64,000 nucleotides of DNA from positions 5,780,375 to 5,844,374 of the forward strand of contig NC_090387.1 of NCBI RefSeq assembly GCF_036365525.1, read 5' to 3'. The translations under genes were made by a program, and so were the position numbers. The notes beneath the pieces were generated by a model, which saw nothing but the letters and a program-made list of their open reading frames with translations, was not told the DNA's origin and made no database searches. Positions 37,225 through 48,626 of this stretch are shown in pieces; the stretch's first letter is position 1; each line of letters opens with the position of its first letter. The DNA comes from Heterodontus francisci. Its lineage: Eukaryota.

Positions 37225-40077
37225 CCCTCCCTCTCTCTCCCCATCTCTCTCTTTTCCCCCCCCCCCTTCTCCCACCCCCCCTCTTCTCCCCCCTCTTCTC
37301 TCCCTCCCCCCTCTTCTCTTCCCCCCCCCTCTTCTCTTCCCCCCCCCCTCTTCTCTCCCCCCCCCCCTCTTCTCTCCCCCCCCTCTTCTCTCCCCCCCCT
37401 TCTCTCCCCCCCCTTCTCTCCCCCCCCTTCTCTCCCCCCCCTTCTCTCCCCCCCCTTCTCTCCCCCCCCTTCTCTCCCCCCCCTTCTCTCCCCCCCTTCT
37501 CTCCCCCCCCTTCTCTCCCCCCCCTTCTCTCCCCCCCCTTCTCTCCCCCCCCTTCTCTCCCCCCCCTTCTCTCCCCCCCCTTCTCTCCCCCCCCTTCTCT
37601 CCCCCCCCTTCTCTCCCCCCCCTTCTCTCACCCCCCTTCTCTCCCCCCCTTCTCTCCCCCCCCTTCTCTCCCCCCCCTTCTCTCCCCCCCCTTCTCTCCC
37701 CCCCCTTCTCTCCCCCCCCTTCTCTCCCCCCCCTTCTCTCCCCCCCCTTCTCTCCCCCCCCTTCTCTCCCCCCCCTTCTCTCCCCCCCCTTCTCTCCCCC
37801 ACCCTTCTCTCCCCCACCCTTCTCTCCCCCACCCTTCTCTCCCCCACCCTTCTCTCCCCCACCCTTCTCTCCCCCACCCTTCTCTCCCCCCCCTTCTCTC
37901 CCCCCCCCTTCTCTCTCCCCCCCCCTTCTCTCTCCCCCCCCTTCTCTCTCCCCCCCCCTTCTCTCTCCCCCCCCCTTCTCTCTCCCCCCCCCTTCTCTCT
38001 CCCCCCCCCTTCTCTCTCCCCCCCCCTTCTCTCTCCCCCCCCCTTCTCTCTCCCCCCCCCTTCTCTCTCCCCCCCCCTTCTCTCTCCCCCCCCCTTCTCT
38101 CTCCCCCCCCCTTCTCTCTCCCCCCCCCTTCTCTCTCCCCCCCCCTTCTCTCTCCCCCCCCCTTCTCTCTCCCCCCCCCTTCTCTCTCCCCCCCCCTTCT
38201 CTCTCCCCCCCCCTTCTCTCCCCCCCCATTCTCTCCCCCCCCCCTTCTCTCCCCCCCCCTTCTCTCCCCCCCCCTTCTCTCCCCCCCCCTTCTCTCTCCC
38301 CCCCCATCTCTCCCCCCCCCATCTCTCCCCCCCCCTTCTCTCTCCCCCCCTTCTCTCTCCCCCCCCCATCTCTCCCCCCCCCTTCTCTCCCCCCCCCCTT
38401 CTCTCCCCCCCCCCTTCTCTCCCCCCCCCTTCTCTCCCCCCCCCTTCTCTCCCCCCCTTCTCTCCCCCCCCTCTCTCCCCCCCCTCTCTCCCCCCCCTCT
38501 CTCCCCCCCCTCTCTCCCCCCCCTCTCTCCCCCCCCTCTCTCCCCCCCCCTCTCTCCCCCCCCCTCTCTCCCCCCCCCTCTCTCCCCCCCCCTCTCTCCC
38601 CCCCCCTCTCTCCCCCCCCCTCTCTCCCCCCCCCTCTCTCCCCCCCCCCTGTCTCCCCCCCCTGTCTCCCCCCCCTGTCTCCCCCCCCTGTCTCCCCCCC
38701 CTGTCTCCCCCCTGTCTCCCNNNNNNNNNNNNNNNNNNNNNNNNNNNNNNNNNNNNNNNNNNNNNNNNNNNNNNNNNNNNNNNNNNNNNNNNNNNNNNNN
38801 NNNNNNNNNNNNNNNNNNNNNNNNNNNNNNNNNNNNNNNNNNNNNNNNNNNNNNNNNNNNNNNNNNNNNNNNNNNNNNNNNNNNNNNNNNNNNNCCCCCC
38901 CCCTCTCTCTCCCCCCCCCTCTCTCTCCCCCCCCTCTCTCTCCCCCCCCTCTCTCCCCCCCCCCTCTCTCCCCCCCACCCCTCTCCCCCCCACCCCTCTC
39001 CCCCCCACCCCTCTCCCCCCCACCCCTCTCCCCCCCACCCCTCTCCCCCCCACCCCTCTCCCCCCCACCCCTCTCCCCCCCACCCCTCTCCCCCCCACCC
39101 CTCTCCCCCCCACCCCTCTCCCCCCCACCCCTCTCCCCCCCACCCCTCTCCCCCCCACCCCTCTCCCCCCCACCCCTCTCCCCCCCACCCCTCTCCCCCC
39201 CACCCCTCTCCCCCCCACCCCTCTCCCCCCCACCCCTCTCCCCCCCACCCCTCTCCCCCCCACCCCTCTCTCCCCCACCCCTCTCTCCCCCACCCCTCTC
39301 TCCCCCACCCCTCTCTCCCCCACCCCTCTCTCCCCCACCCCTCTCCCCCCCACCCCTCTCCCCCCCACCCCTCTCCCCCCCACCCCTCTCCCCCCCACCC
39401 CTCTCCCCCCCACCTCTCTCCCCCCCACCTCTCTCCCCCCCACCTCTCTCCCCCCCACCTCTCTCCCCCCCACCTCTCTCCCCCCCACCTCTCCCCCCCA
39501 CCCCTCTCCTCCCTCCCCCTCTCCTCCCCCCACGCCCCCTTTCCCCCCCCCCACGCCCCCTTTCCCCCCCCACGCCCCCTTTCCCCCCCCACGCCCCCTT
39601 TCCCCCCCCACGCCCCCTTTCCCCCCCACGCCCCCTTTCCCCCCACGCCCCCTTTCCCCCCCACGCCCCCTTTCCCCCCCACGCCCCCTTTCCCCCCCAC
39701 GCCCCCTTTCCCCCCCACGCCCCCTTTCCCCCCCCACGCCCCCTTTCCCCCCCCACGCCCCCTTCCCCCCCCACGCCCCCTTCCCCCCCCACGCCCCCTT
39801 CCCCCCCCACGCCCCCTTCCCCCCCCACGCCCCTTTCCCCCCCCACGCCCCCTTTCCCCCCCCCACGCCCCCTTTCCCCCCCCCACGCCCCCTTTCCCCC
39901 CCCCACGCCCCCTTTCCCCCCCCCACGCCCCCTTTCCCCCCCCCACGCCCCCTTTCCCCCCCCCACGCCCCCTTTCCCCCCCCCACGCCCCCTTTCCCCC
40001 CCCCACGCCCCCTTTCCCCCCCCACGCCCCCTTTTCCCCCCCCACGCCCCCTTTCCCCCCCCCCCACGCCCCCTTTC
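37225..40077. repeat. Compound C-rich, largely polypyrimidine tandem tract with an assembly gap (N 38721-38893)
   Basis: Successive motifs such as CTTCTCTCCCCCCC, CCCCCCACCCCTCTC and CCCCACGCCCCCTTT; 173 Ns. Confidence 0.97.
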
Positions 40078-40509
40078 CTGTGTCTGTGCTGGCTCTTTGA
40101 AGCAGTTATCCAATTAGTCCTCCTCCCCTGCTGTTTCCCCCTTCGTGTTTATCCAAATCCAGTGCATTCCCGATTATTGCAACTTGCTGTGTAAAAACTA
40201 AACACCTCCTTATTTTGCCTCTGGTTCTTTTGCCAATTGCCTTAATTGTGTGACCTGTGACCCCTCGCCGCCACTGGGAAAAGTTTCTCCTTATTCACTT
40301 TCTAAAAGCCATTCAGGATTTTGAACACCTTCGTTAAATCCCTTTAACCTGCTCTGCTCTGAGCAGAACAATCCCAGTTTGTTAATATTAACCTGATGAT
40401 TTATTTTTACCTTTCGGATCATGTTCCTCCCCTTTTCAGGTGGTGCTGTAGGGAAGCAAAGTGAAGCTTAGTCTCCTGCTTCATCCCATCCACTCAACGT
40501 GCCTCATGC

Positions 40510-41470
40510 ACAAGGAACCAAACACCATTTTACACACAGCAAGATCCCAGGTGGTTCAGTGAGCTGTTTGAGGGAGGAATGTTGGCCAAAACATTGGGAA
40601 AACCCTTTTCTCTTGAAGAAGCGCCGTGGAATCTTTTATGTCCATCTGAGAGGGCAGAGGGGCCTCAGTTTAATGTCTCAGCCAGACAACGGCACCTCCG
40701 ACAGTGCAGCACTCCCTCAGTACTGACCCTCCGACAGTGCAGCACTCCCTCAGTACTGACCCTCCGACAGTACAGCACTCCCTCAGTACTGACCCTCCGA
40801 CGCTGCGGCACTCTCTCAGTACTGACCCTCCGACGCTGCGGCACTCTCTCAGTACTGCCCCTCCGACAGTCCGGCGCGCTCTCAGTACTGACCCTCCGAC
40901 AGTGCGGCACTCCCTCAGTACTGACCCTCCGACAGTGCGGCACTCTCTCAGTACTGCCCCTCCGACGGTGCGGCACTCCCTCAGTACTGCCCCTCCGACG
41001 GTGCGGCACTCCCTCAGTACTGCCCCTCCGACGCTGCGGCACTCCCTCAGTACTGACCCTCCGACGGTGCGGCACTCTCTCAGTACTGCCCCTCCGACGC
41101 TGCGGCACTCTCTCAGTACTGCCCCTCCGACGGTGCGGCACTCCCTCCGTACTGCCCCTCCGACGGTGCGGCACTCCCTCCGTACTGCCCCTCCGACGGT
41201 GCGGCACTCCCTCCGTACTGCCCCTCCGACGGTGCGGCACTCCCTCCGTACTGCCCCTCCGACGGTGCGGCACTCCCTCCGTACTGCCCCTCCGACGGTG
41301 CGGCACTCCCTCCGTACTGCCCCTCCGACGGTGCGGCACTCCCTCCGTACTGCCCCTCCGACGGTGCGGCACTCCCTCCGTACTGCCCCTCCGACGGTGC
41401 GGCACTCCCTCCGTACTGCCCCTCCGACAGTGCGGCACCCCCTAAGTACTGCCCTGGATTATCAGCCTGA
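40510..41470 (-). mobile_element. SacSINE1-like DeuSINE with internal 33-bp array (~23 units, 40695-41455)
   Basis: Reverse-complement Deu body at 40510-40695, then the tandem 33-bp unit. Confidence 0.85.
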
Positions 41471-41489
41471 AACAATAAGACTTCGTTCC

Positions 41490-42172
41490 CATGGCTATCA
41501 ACATCCTGGGAATTGCAATTGACCAGAAACTGAACTGGAGTAACCATATAAATACCGTGGCTACATGAGCAGGTCAGTGGCTAGGAATCCTGTGGTGAGT
41601 AACTCACCTCCTGACTCCCCAAAGCCTGTCCACCATCTCTAAGGCACAAGTCAGGAGTGTGATGGAATACTCTCCACTTGCCTGGATGGGTGCAGCTCCA
41701 ACAACACTCAAGAAGCTTGACACCATCCAGGACAAAGCAGCCCGCTTGATTGGCACTCCATCCACAAATATTCACTCCCTCCACCACCGACGCACAGTAG
41801 CAGCAGTGTGTACCATCTACAAGATGCACTGCAGCAATGCACCAAGGCTCCTTAGACAGCACCTTCCAAACCCGCGACCTCTACCAACTAGAAGGACAAG
41901 GGCAGCAAATACATGGGATCACCACCACCTGCAAGTTCCCCTGCAAGTCACACACCATCCTGATTTGGAACTATATCGCTGTTCCTTCACTGTCGCTGGG
42001 TCAAAATCCTGGAACTCCCTTCCTAACAGCACTGTGGGTGTACCTACCCCACATGGACTGCAGTGGTTCAAGAAGGCAGCTCACCACCACCTTCTCAAGG
42101 GCAATTAGGGATGGGCAATAAATGCTGGCCTGGCCAGTGACACCCACATCCCATGAATGAATTAAAAAAAAA
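41490..42172 (+). mobile_element. 3' fragment of a CR1/L2-group LINE (partner of SINE family B)
   Basis: INILG..IDQKLNW..HIN...KAQVRSVMEYSPLAW...LDTIQDKAARLIG; A-rich end; smaller pieces at 49213-49368 and 63040-63210. Confidence 0.8.
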
Positions 42173-42349
42173 ACTGCTGAGTTTGACATGAAACTCGAGA
42201 GATGAGCTACATGAGGCTGTGGTGGTTATAAAAGATGATCCGAGCACCTTGATTAGATTCCAGCCTGTAACTCACCATCTAGCTTGGTACTGTTGTTCTG
42301 TGGTGTATATTTTATGTGTTTCTAATTTAAATATCTTTTCCTGGTCTAG

Positions 42350-42401
42350 GGTTTTTGCTCCAAAATGTGCTTCCTGCGGACATCCCATTCTTCCGGCACA
42401 G
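42350..42401 (+). CDS. WTIP: WTIP coding exon 6: (T)VFAPKCASCGHPILPAQ
   Basis: tag acceptor, gtactg donor, 52 bp, phase-consistent. Confidence 0.96.
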
Positions 42402-42818
42402 GTACTGTCTCCGCCTCTCCCTCGCTCCTCCTCTGTCTGAGTGGGTGTCTCTCACTCGCCATTTCTTCCTCCCACCATCTTCGCTTCTTCACTCGCACAC
42501 TCCCCCACTCTGTCTCTCGTCGGTCTCTCCCCGTCTCGGTCGGTCTGTCTTTGTGTCTCTCTCTCTTTCTCTGCCTGCCCCCTCCCTCTCCGTTTCTCTC
42601 CTCCTTTATCTCTCTTTTTATGATGTATATTTCAGAGACAATGTTTTGAAGGAAACATTAATGAATGGCGGGGGTCTTTGAGGAAGGTGGGGGGAAGAGG
42701 TGCAAAGAGGAGGTGGGAGTATTGGTGGGGGGAGAGGTGTGGGGAGGGTAAGATGGGGGAGAGAGGCTGCTGCAATGTTGGGAGGTCTTTGCTGAATGAG
42801 TTTCATTGTTATTTTCAG

Positions 42819-42887
42819 GGTTCTGAGGAGACTATCCGAGTAGTGTCAATGGATAAGGATTATCACGTGGAATGTTACCATTGTGAG
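42819..42887 (+). CDS. WTIP: WTIP coding exon 7: GSEETIRVVSMDKDYHVECYHCE
   Basis: ttttcag acceptor, gtgagc donor, 69 bp; LIM3. Confidence 0.96.
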
Positions 42888-43169
42888 GTGAGCCTCTGAC
42901 ATGTGGACTTTGGAAAGGTTTATTTTCTCTGTCTGGTGGACTCGGCTGTGGGGAATCGGGGCTTCCACATGGAATAGCAACCTCCGTGTACATTGCCTGT
43001 TGCGAGCTTGGATGGTTGGTTCTGATTGGCTACTCTAGCAAGTCAATAGAATGGCCAATAGCAGGAAAGTTGGGGGACTGGGTGAGGGAGGGAGGGAGTC
43101 TAAAGTTGGGATATTTTATTTGTGATGACCTACGGCCCCAATTAATTCCTCTGTTTTTTTTGCCCCCAG

Positions 43170-43322
43170 GACTGTGGCCTCCAGTTGAATGATGAGGAGG
43201 GTTGTCGCTGTTACCCTTTGGAGGGGCATCTGCTGTGCCACAGTTGTCACATCCGGCGAATCAACATCCCTCTGTCACCACATCCGCCCCCGAATTACCA
43301 GCTGCACGTCACTGAACTGTGA
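43170..43322 (+). CDS. WTIP: WTIP last coding exon: [50 protein letters not shown]
   Basis: Polypyrimidine/cag acceptor; TGA at 43320-43322; the C-terminal HVTEL (PDZ-binding type) separates WTIP from LIMD1 and AJUBA; linkage to GPI supports orthology. Confidence 0.95.
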   Translation, partial: DCGLQLNDEEGCRCYPLEGHLLCHSCHIRRINIPLSPHPPPNYQLHVTEL

Positions 43323-45480
43323 CAGCTGGAATCCTGCATTAAAGATCAGACCAGGGAGTGAAAGGGGCAAATGGGCCGAGCAGTGGAGGCTCATAGACCT
43401 GGCGGGAATGTACTGAGATACCATCTTCCGTGCCGGCTTACACTCTTTTCTCCACTGCCAAGCTGTAGTAACCTGAATCTAGAAGCTTCATGGTGTTTCT
43501 TCTGGAAAGGGGGAGGGAGTATCCACGGTTGCTGTTAGAAACCAATCTGTTGTCTTGAGGCCCTGGTGATCTGGAGAGGAGAAGCTTCTGAGACCGTGGG
43601 GAAGGAGATCAGACACTCGGTGAGAGGAACTCAGTGACCAAATCTCGGCAGGCAAGGCCTTGCCTACCAGTGGTGTCTGACGACTATCTGACTGGCTTCT
43701 CTCTGGCTAGACCAGAGGGTCAGTACCAGTCTCAACGCAACTCCCATCCAACCAGATGTCTGAATTTCCAAGATGGCTGCTAGATCTAGCACACCCAACA
43801 CTAATCGTGGTTTGTTTTTGTCAACCTTCACTAAAACATCAGATGTTACATCATTGGTTCCTTCTCTGAGAAACTCCTGACACAGACAAGCGGTGTCGCC
43901 CTCCTTGAGTTTGTAGGCTGAGGCGCGCTCTTTTTGCGTAACCAATAGCAACTGTTGAAACTTGACCATGGGTAGTTCAGCACTTACTAACACATCATTC
44001 ACTTGCTATAATTAACCTCTTCTGTACAAGTTACGACACACACAGGCATATAGACTATGCAAGGTAACACAACCATTTTATATAAACCTCCTCATTGGTT
44101 GCTATGTACATTGGGCCCAACTTTGTAATTTTTTTTAATAGTTTTTTAAAATGTATGTTCTTATTCTAATTGGATAACACAGTACATGTTTTTTTGTACT
44201 GATTATTCGACAGACGCCCCCCCCCCACCACAGTGGTCCCATACATTTTCTAATTTTACGGGAAGATAGTGGAAAGGTTTATGCTGCTGGTTGCTCGGGT
44301 TTAATGAGCATCAATTGGACCTTAAGCGAACAGTTTTTCTCCTGCCTTGCGATGGCCCCTCTCCCACTAACCCCACTCCCCCTTCTGAAGGGGAAGCAGG
44401 AAGGCTTTTTTGAATGGGAAGTCTCTCAGTTACCAGTGTTGTTAGTTTAGTAATGAGGGCTGTCCTTTCCCAATTGTTGAATGGTTGCCGGTTGTCAATG
44501 GGTGTATTGTATGTGTTACCAGCAATGTTGGTTTCCCTTCTAATTGGAGGTATTTAAAGCTGGCAGATAATTTCTCTCCCTCCACCACACCTTCTCTCTC
44601 CCCCGCCCCCCACCACCACACCGACTCCCACCTTATTTATTTTCCCCATCCCTTCCCACCCACCCTCCTTCACCTTCTGAAAGTAAGGCCTTTTCCGTGA
44701 CCAGGTTCTCCCACAGTTGGGGGACGGTGGGACTTCAAGGACTTCATTGATTTGGCTTCTATCAGCTTCCCGCCAAACGCAAACTTGTGCTACTCTTGGT
44801 GAACAAACATGGAGGTGCTTCCTTTCCGTTCCCCTCGAGGTAGACCTGTAACATTGTTGAGCAAAAGCATTGCATTGTCACTTTGCCTTGGCTCAGCTTG
44901 GACGGGAAGTATCTGTGGCACCAAAGCCGCAACGGAATGTTCTAGCATTGGTATTGTGGTCGTTTGATGACCCCGGGAGACTTCTCCTTGGTTACTCCTC
45001 CAACAGCTCGAAAATTCTCCTTAATGGCTTGAAGCTCAGCCAGCTCAGAGTAGAGTGGCAGTGAGGGTAGGGTTTGGGGAGAAGAGGGTTGGCCTTGACA
45101 CTCGCTGTTTCGGATCCCACAAGAAGACTGGGCACCTCAGAGCTACTAGAGGATGTCCAGCATCTGTAGACCAATGAGAGTGAGAGAGCACCTTTGGGAG
45201 AGGTTTGAGGTGTGGGGGAGGGTGGGGTGGGAGGTGGTTAAGGTGACAAGAAGAAAAAGTTTCCCCTAAATCCTTGGGTTGTGTCCTGTCGATCTCTCCA
45301 AATGCTCTGCGGGGATGAAAAATTCTGTCTTTGATTTTGTTGAGGCAAGGAGATTTATTTATCTTAAAAAAAAACACATAATATCAACCTAAATTATTAA
45401 ACGTGTAAATGTCAAAGGTCATTTAACCGTAGATATAATCTGCCTTTTTTTCAAATAAAAAAAGTTTTTGTAGTTAACTT
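43323..45480 (+). other. WTIP: Predicted WTIP 3' UTR
   Basis: Repeat-free sequence between the stop codon and the poly(A) signal. Confidence 0.7.
45454..45459 (+). terminator. Predicted WTIP polyadenylation signal AATAAA
   Basis: AATAAA followed by a GT/T-rich element at ~45481-45501; ATTAAA also at 45396-45401. Confidence 0.7.
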
Positions 45481-47259
45481 TGACCTTGTGCTTTGTCTGT
45501 GATTGGTCGGGGGCAAGTGATGTCGGGGGCAAGGGATCATGGAAATTACCAACAATGCAGAAAAATCATTGAGTAAAACAATGTTTGAACTTGGCATTTA
45601 AGATTCAAGAACGAGGGGAGGCCATTCAGCCCCTCGAGACTCATCAGCCATTCAGCCCCTCGAGACTCATCGGCCATTCAGTTAGATCACAGGCTGAACT
45701 GTATCTTGAGGCAGTCTTCCCCTTCCCGCCTTATTTATCTCTAACTAGATGGGAAACTCGGTCCATCCAGTTCATTGTACATCTAGCAGGGACTTGTTTC
45801 TAACTCTCACTGGCCTCGTTGCCACTCCATTCTCTGTTAGATTGATCATCTCTCTATCTGCTGACTTTTCTTTCAACGAAGCTGTGACTCAGTGGGTAGC
45901 ACTCGGGCTCTGGGTTGGAAGGAGTTTGAGATGGCTGAAGGATCTGCCATCAATGGTGGGACAGAGGAGGGAAAGGAGTGCACAGGAGGCTGATATGGAA
46001 GGGGATGTAAGAATGGGGAGATTGTAGAGAGAGGGGTGAGGGTTTGAGGGGAGGATTTTGAATTTGATTTGGGAGTAGGGAGTCGACATGGGTTAGTGAG
46101 GACAGGAGGGGTGGGCAAGCAAGATAGGAAATGGAAGCAGTTTTGGACAGTTATTGGAAGAGGGAGGGTGAGGAAAGGAGGTGTTGAGGGGAGGGTTGGG
46201 GGTTGGACGGCAGTGGAAATGGGGTTCCAGCAAGGGGAACATTGGAGAATCGAATTGAGCGGTGACAATGGGTGCTGAAGGGTTTCAGAGATGGCAGCTG
46301 GTTTTATGCAGGTGTTGATGGAAAGGTGAGGATTGCTCGTGTACTGGTTCCATTACTGAACTAATAATCCAGAGAACGTGAGTTCAAATCCCACCAGGAC
46401 GTTTTGAGACTTTGAATTTGCAAATCTGTGTCAGTAAAAATGACCACGAAGCTGTTGGATTGTCATAAAAAAAAACAATTAATGTCCTTTGGGGAAGGAT
46501 ATCTGCCAACCTTACTGAGTCTGGCCTACAGCTGACCAGGGCCACAACAATGTGGATTTAACTGCTTGCTGAAGTGACACAGAAATGGGGGAATTTATTA
46601 TGGGGAACAAAGAAATGGCTGACCAACTAAATGCATACTTTGGTTCTGTCTTCACAAAGGAGGACACAAATATCAGACTTAGAAATGTTGGGGAACACAG
46701 GGTTTAGTGAGAGGGAGGAACTGAAGGGAATCAGTATTAGGAGAGAAATGGTGTTGGGGAAATTGATGGGATTGAAGGCCGATAAATCCCCAGGGCCTGA
46801 TAATCTACATCCCAGAGTACTTAAGGAAGTGGCCCTAGAAATAGTGGATGCATTGGTGGTCATCTTCCAAGATTCTATAGACTCTGGAACAGTTCCTACA
46901 GATTGGAGGGTAGCTAATGTAACCTCACTATTTAAAAAGGGAGGTAGAGAGAAAGCAGGAAATTATAGACCAGTCAGCCTGACGTCGGTAATGGGGAAAA
47001 TTCTAGAGTCCATTATCAAAGATTTTATAGCAGAGCACTTAGAGAACAGTGTTCGAATCGGACAGAGTCAGCATAGATTTACGAAAGGGAAATCATGCTT
47101 GACAAATCTACTAGAATTCTTTGAGGATGTAACTAGTAGAGTTGATGAGGGGGAGCCAGTGGATGTGGTTTATTTGGACTTTCAGAAGGCTTTCGACAAA
47201 GTCCCACATCAGAGATTAGCGTGTAAAATTAAAGCGCATGGGATTGGGGGTAGTGTATT

Positions 47260-47608
47260 TTTTTAAAATTTTATTATTTAAAGATACAGCACTGAAACAG
47301 GCCCTTCGGCCCACCGAGTCTGTGCTGACCATTAACCACCCATTTATACTAATCCTGCACTAATCCCATATTCCTACCACATCCCCACCTGTCCCTCAAT
47401 TCCCCTACCACCTACCTATACTAGGGGCAATTTATAATGGCCAATTTACCTATCAACCTGCAAGTCTTTGGCTGTGGGAGGAAACCGGAGCACCCGGAGG
47501 AAACCCACGCAGACACAGGGAGAACTTGCAAACTCCACACAGGCAGTACCCAGAATTGAACCCGGGTCGCTGGAGCTGTGAGGCTGCGGTGCTAACCACT
47601 GCGCCGCC
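47260..47608 (-). mobile_element. HE1-like V-SINE, full length
   Basis: Minus-strand head GGCGGCGCAGTGGTTAGC...GGTTCAATTC, V-domain-like GTGTCTGCGTGGGTTTCCTCCGGGTGCTCCGGTTTCCTCCCAC, CR1-like tail GGGCCGAAGGGCCTGTTT. Confidence 0.88.
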
Positions 47609-48411
47609 ATTGTAATGGATAGAAAATTGTTGGCAGACAGGAAACAAAGAGTAGGAATAAACGGGTCTTTTTCCGAAAGGCAGGCAGTGACTAGTGGGGT
47701 ACCGCAGGGATCGGTGCTCGGACCCCAGCTATTCGCAGTATATAATAATGGTTTAGATGAGGGAATTAAATGTAATCTCTCCAAATTTGCAGATGACATA
47801 AAACTGGGTGGGAGGGTGAGTTGTGAGGAGGATGCAGAGAGGCTTCAGGGTAATTTGGACAAGTTGAGTGAGTGGGCAAATGCATGGCCGATGCAGTATA
47901 ATGTGGATAAATGTGAGGTTATCCATTTTGGTAGCAAAAACAGGAAGGCAGATTATCTGAACGGCTATAAACTGAGAGAGGGGAATACTCGTACACCAGT
48001 CGCTGAAGGTAAGCATGCAGGTGCAACAGGCGGTAAAAAAGGCAAATGGTATGTTGGCCTTCATAGCGAGAGGATTCGAGTACAGGAGCAAGGATGTCTT
48101 GCTGCAATTATACAGGGCCTTGGTGAGGCCACACCTGGAATATTGTGTGCAGTTTGGTCTCCTTATCTGAGGAAGGGTGTTCTTGCTATAGAGGGAGTGT
48201 AGCAAAGGTTTACCAGACTGATTCCTGGGATGGCGGGACTGGCGTATGAGGAGAGATTGAGTCGGTTAGGATTATATTTGCTGGAGTTCAGAAGAGTGAA
48301 GGGGAATCTCATAGAAACCTATAAAATTCTAATAGGACTTGACAGGGTAGATGCAGGAAGGATGTTCCCGATGGTGGGGGAGTCCAGAACCAGGGTTCAT
48401 AGTGTAAGGAT

Positions 48412-48626
48412 CTGTGGAAAGAGAAGCAGAGTTAACGTTTCGGGTCAGTGACCCTTCTTCGGAACCTTCCGAACCCTTCGGACCCTTCCGAAGAAGGGTC
48501 ACTGACCCGAAACGTTAACTCTGCTTCTCTTTCCACAGATGCTGCCAGACCTGCTGAGTGGTTCCAGCATTTCTTGTTTTTATTTCAGATTTCCAGCATC
48601 TGCAGTATTTTGCTTTTATATTATTA
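48412..48626. mobile_element. Penelope-like element terminal-repeat remnant with inverted duplication and hammerhead-like motif
   Basis: Perfect 55-bp inverted repeat (48410-48464 / 48486-48540); 15-bp TSD with one mismatch (48397-48411, 48627-48641); CCGAAGA-stem-GAAAC core. Confidence 0.7.

Noticed and set aside
37041-40194. ~1000-aa Pro-rich or Gly-rich ORFs resembling extensin or formin
   Set aside because: Low-complexity intronic tract spanning an N gap; the real exon (37062-37192) is in another frame and spliced.
12900-43322. Calling the LIM gene AJUBA or LIMD1
   Set aside because: [24 protein letters not shown], the HVTEL C-terminus and GPI linkage fit WTIP better; a phylogeny would settle it.
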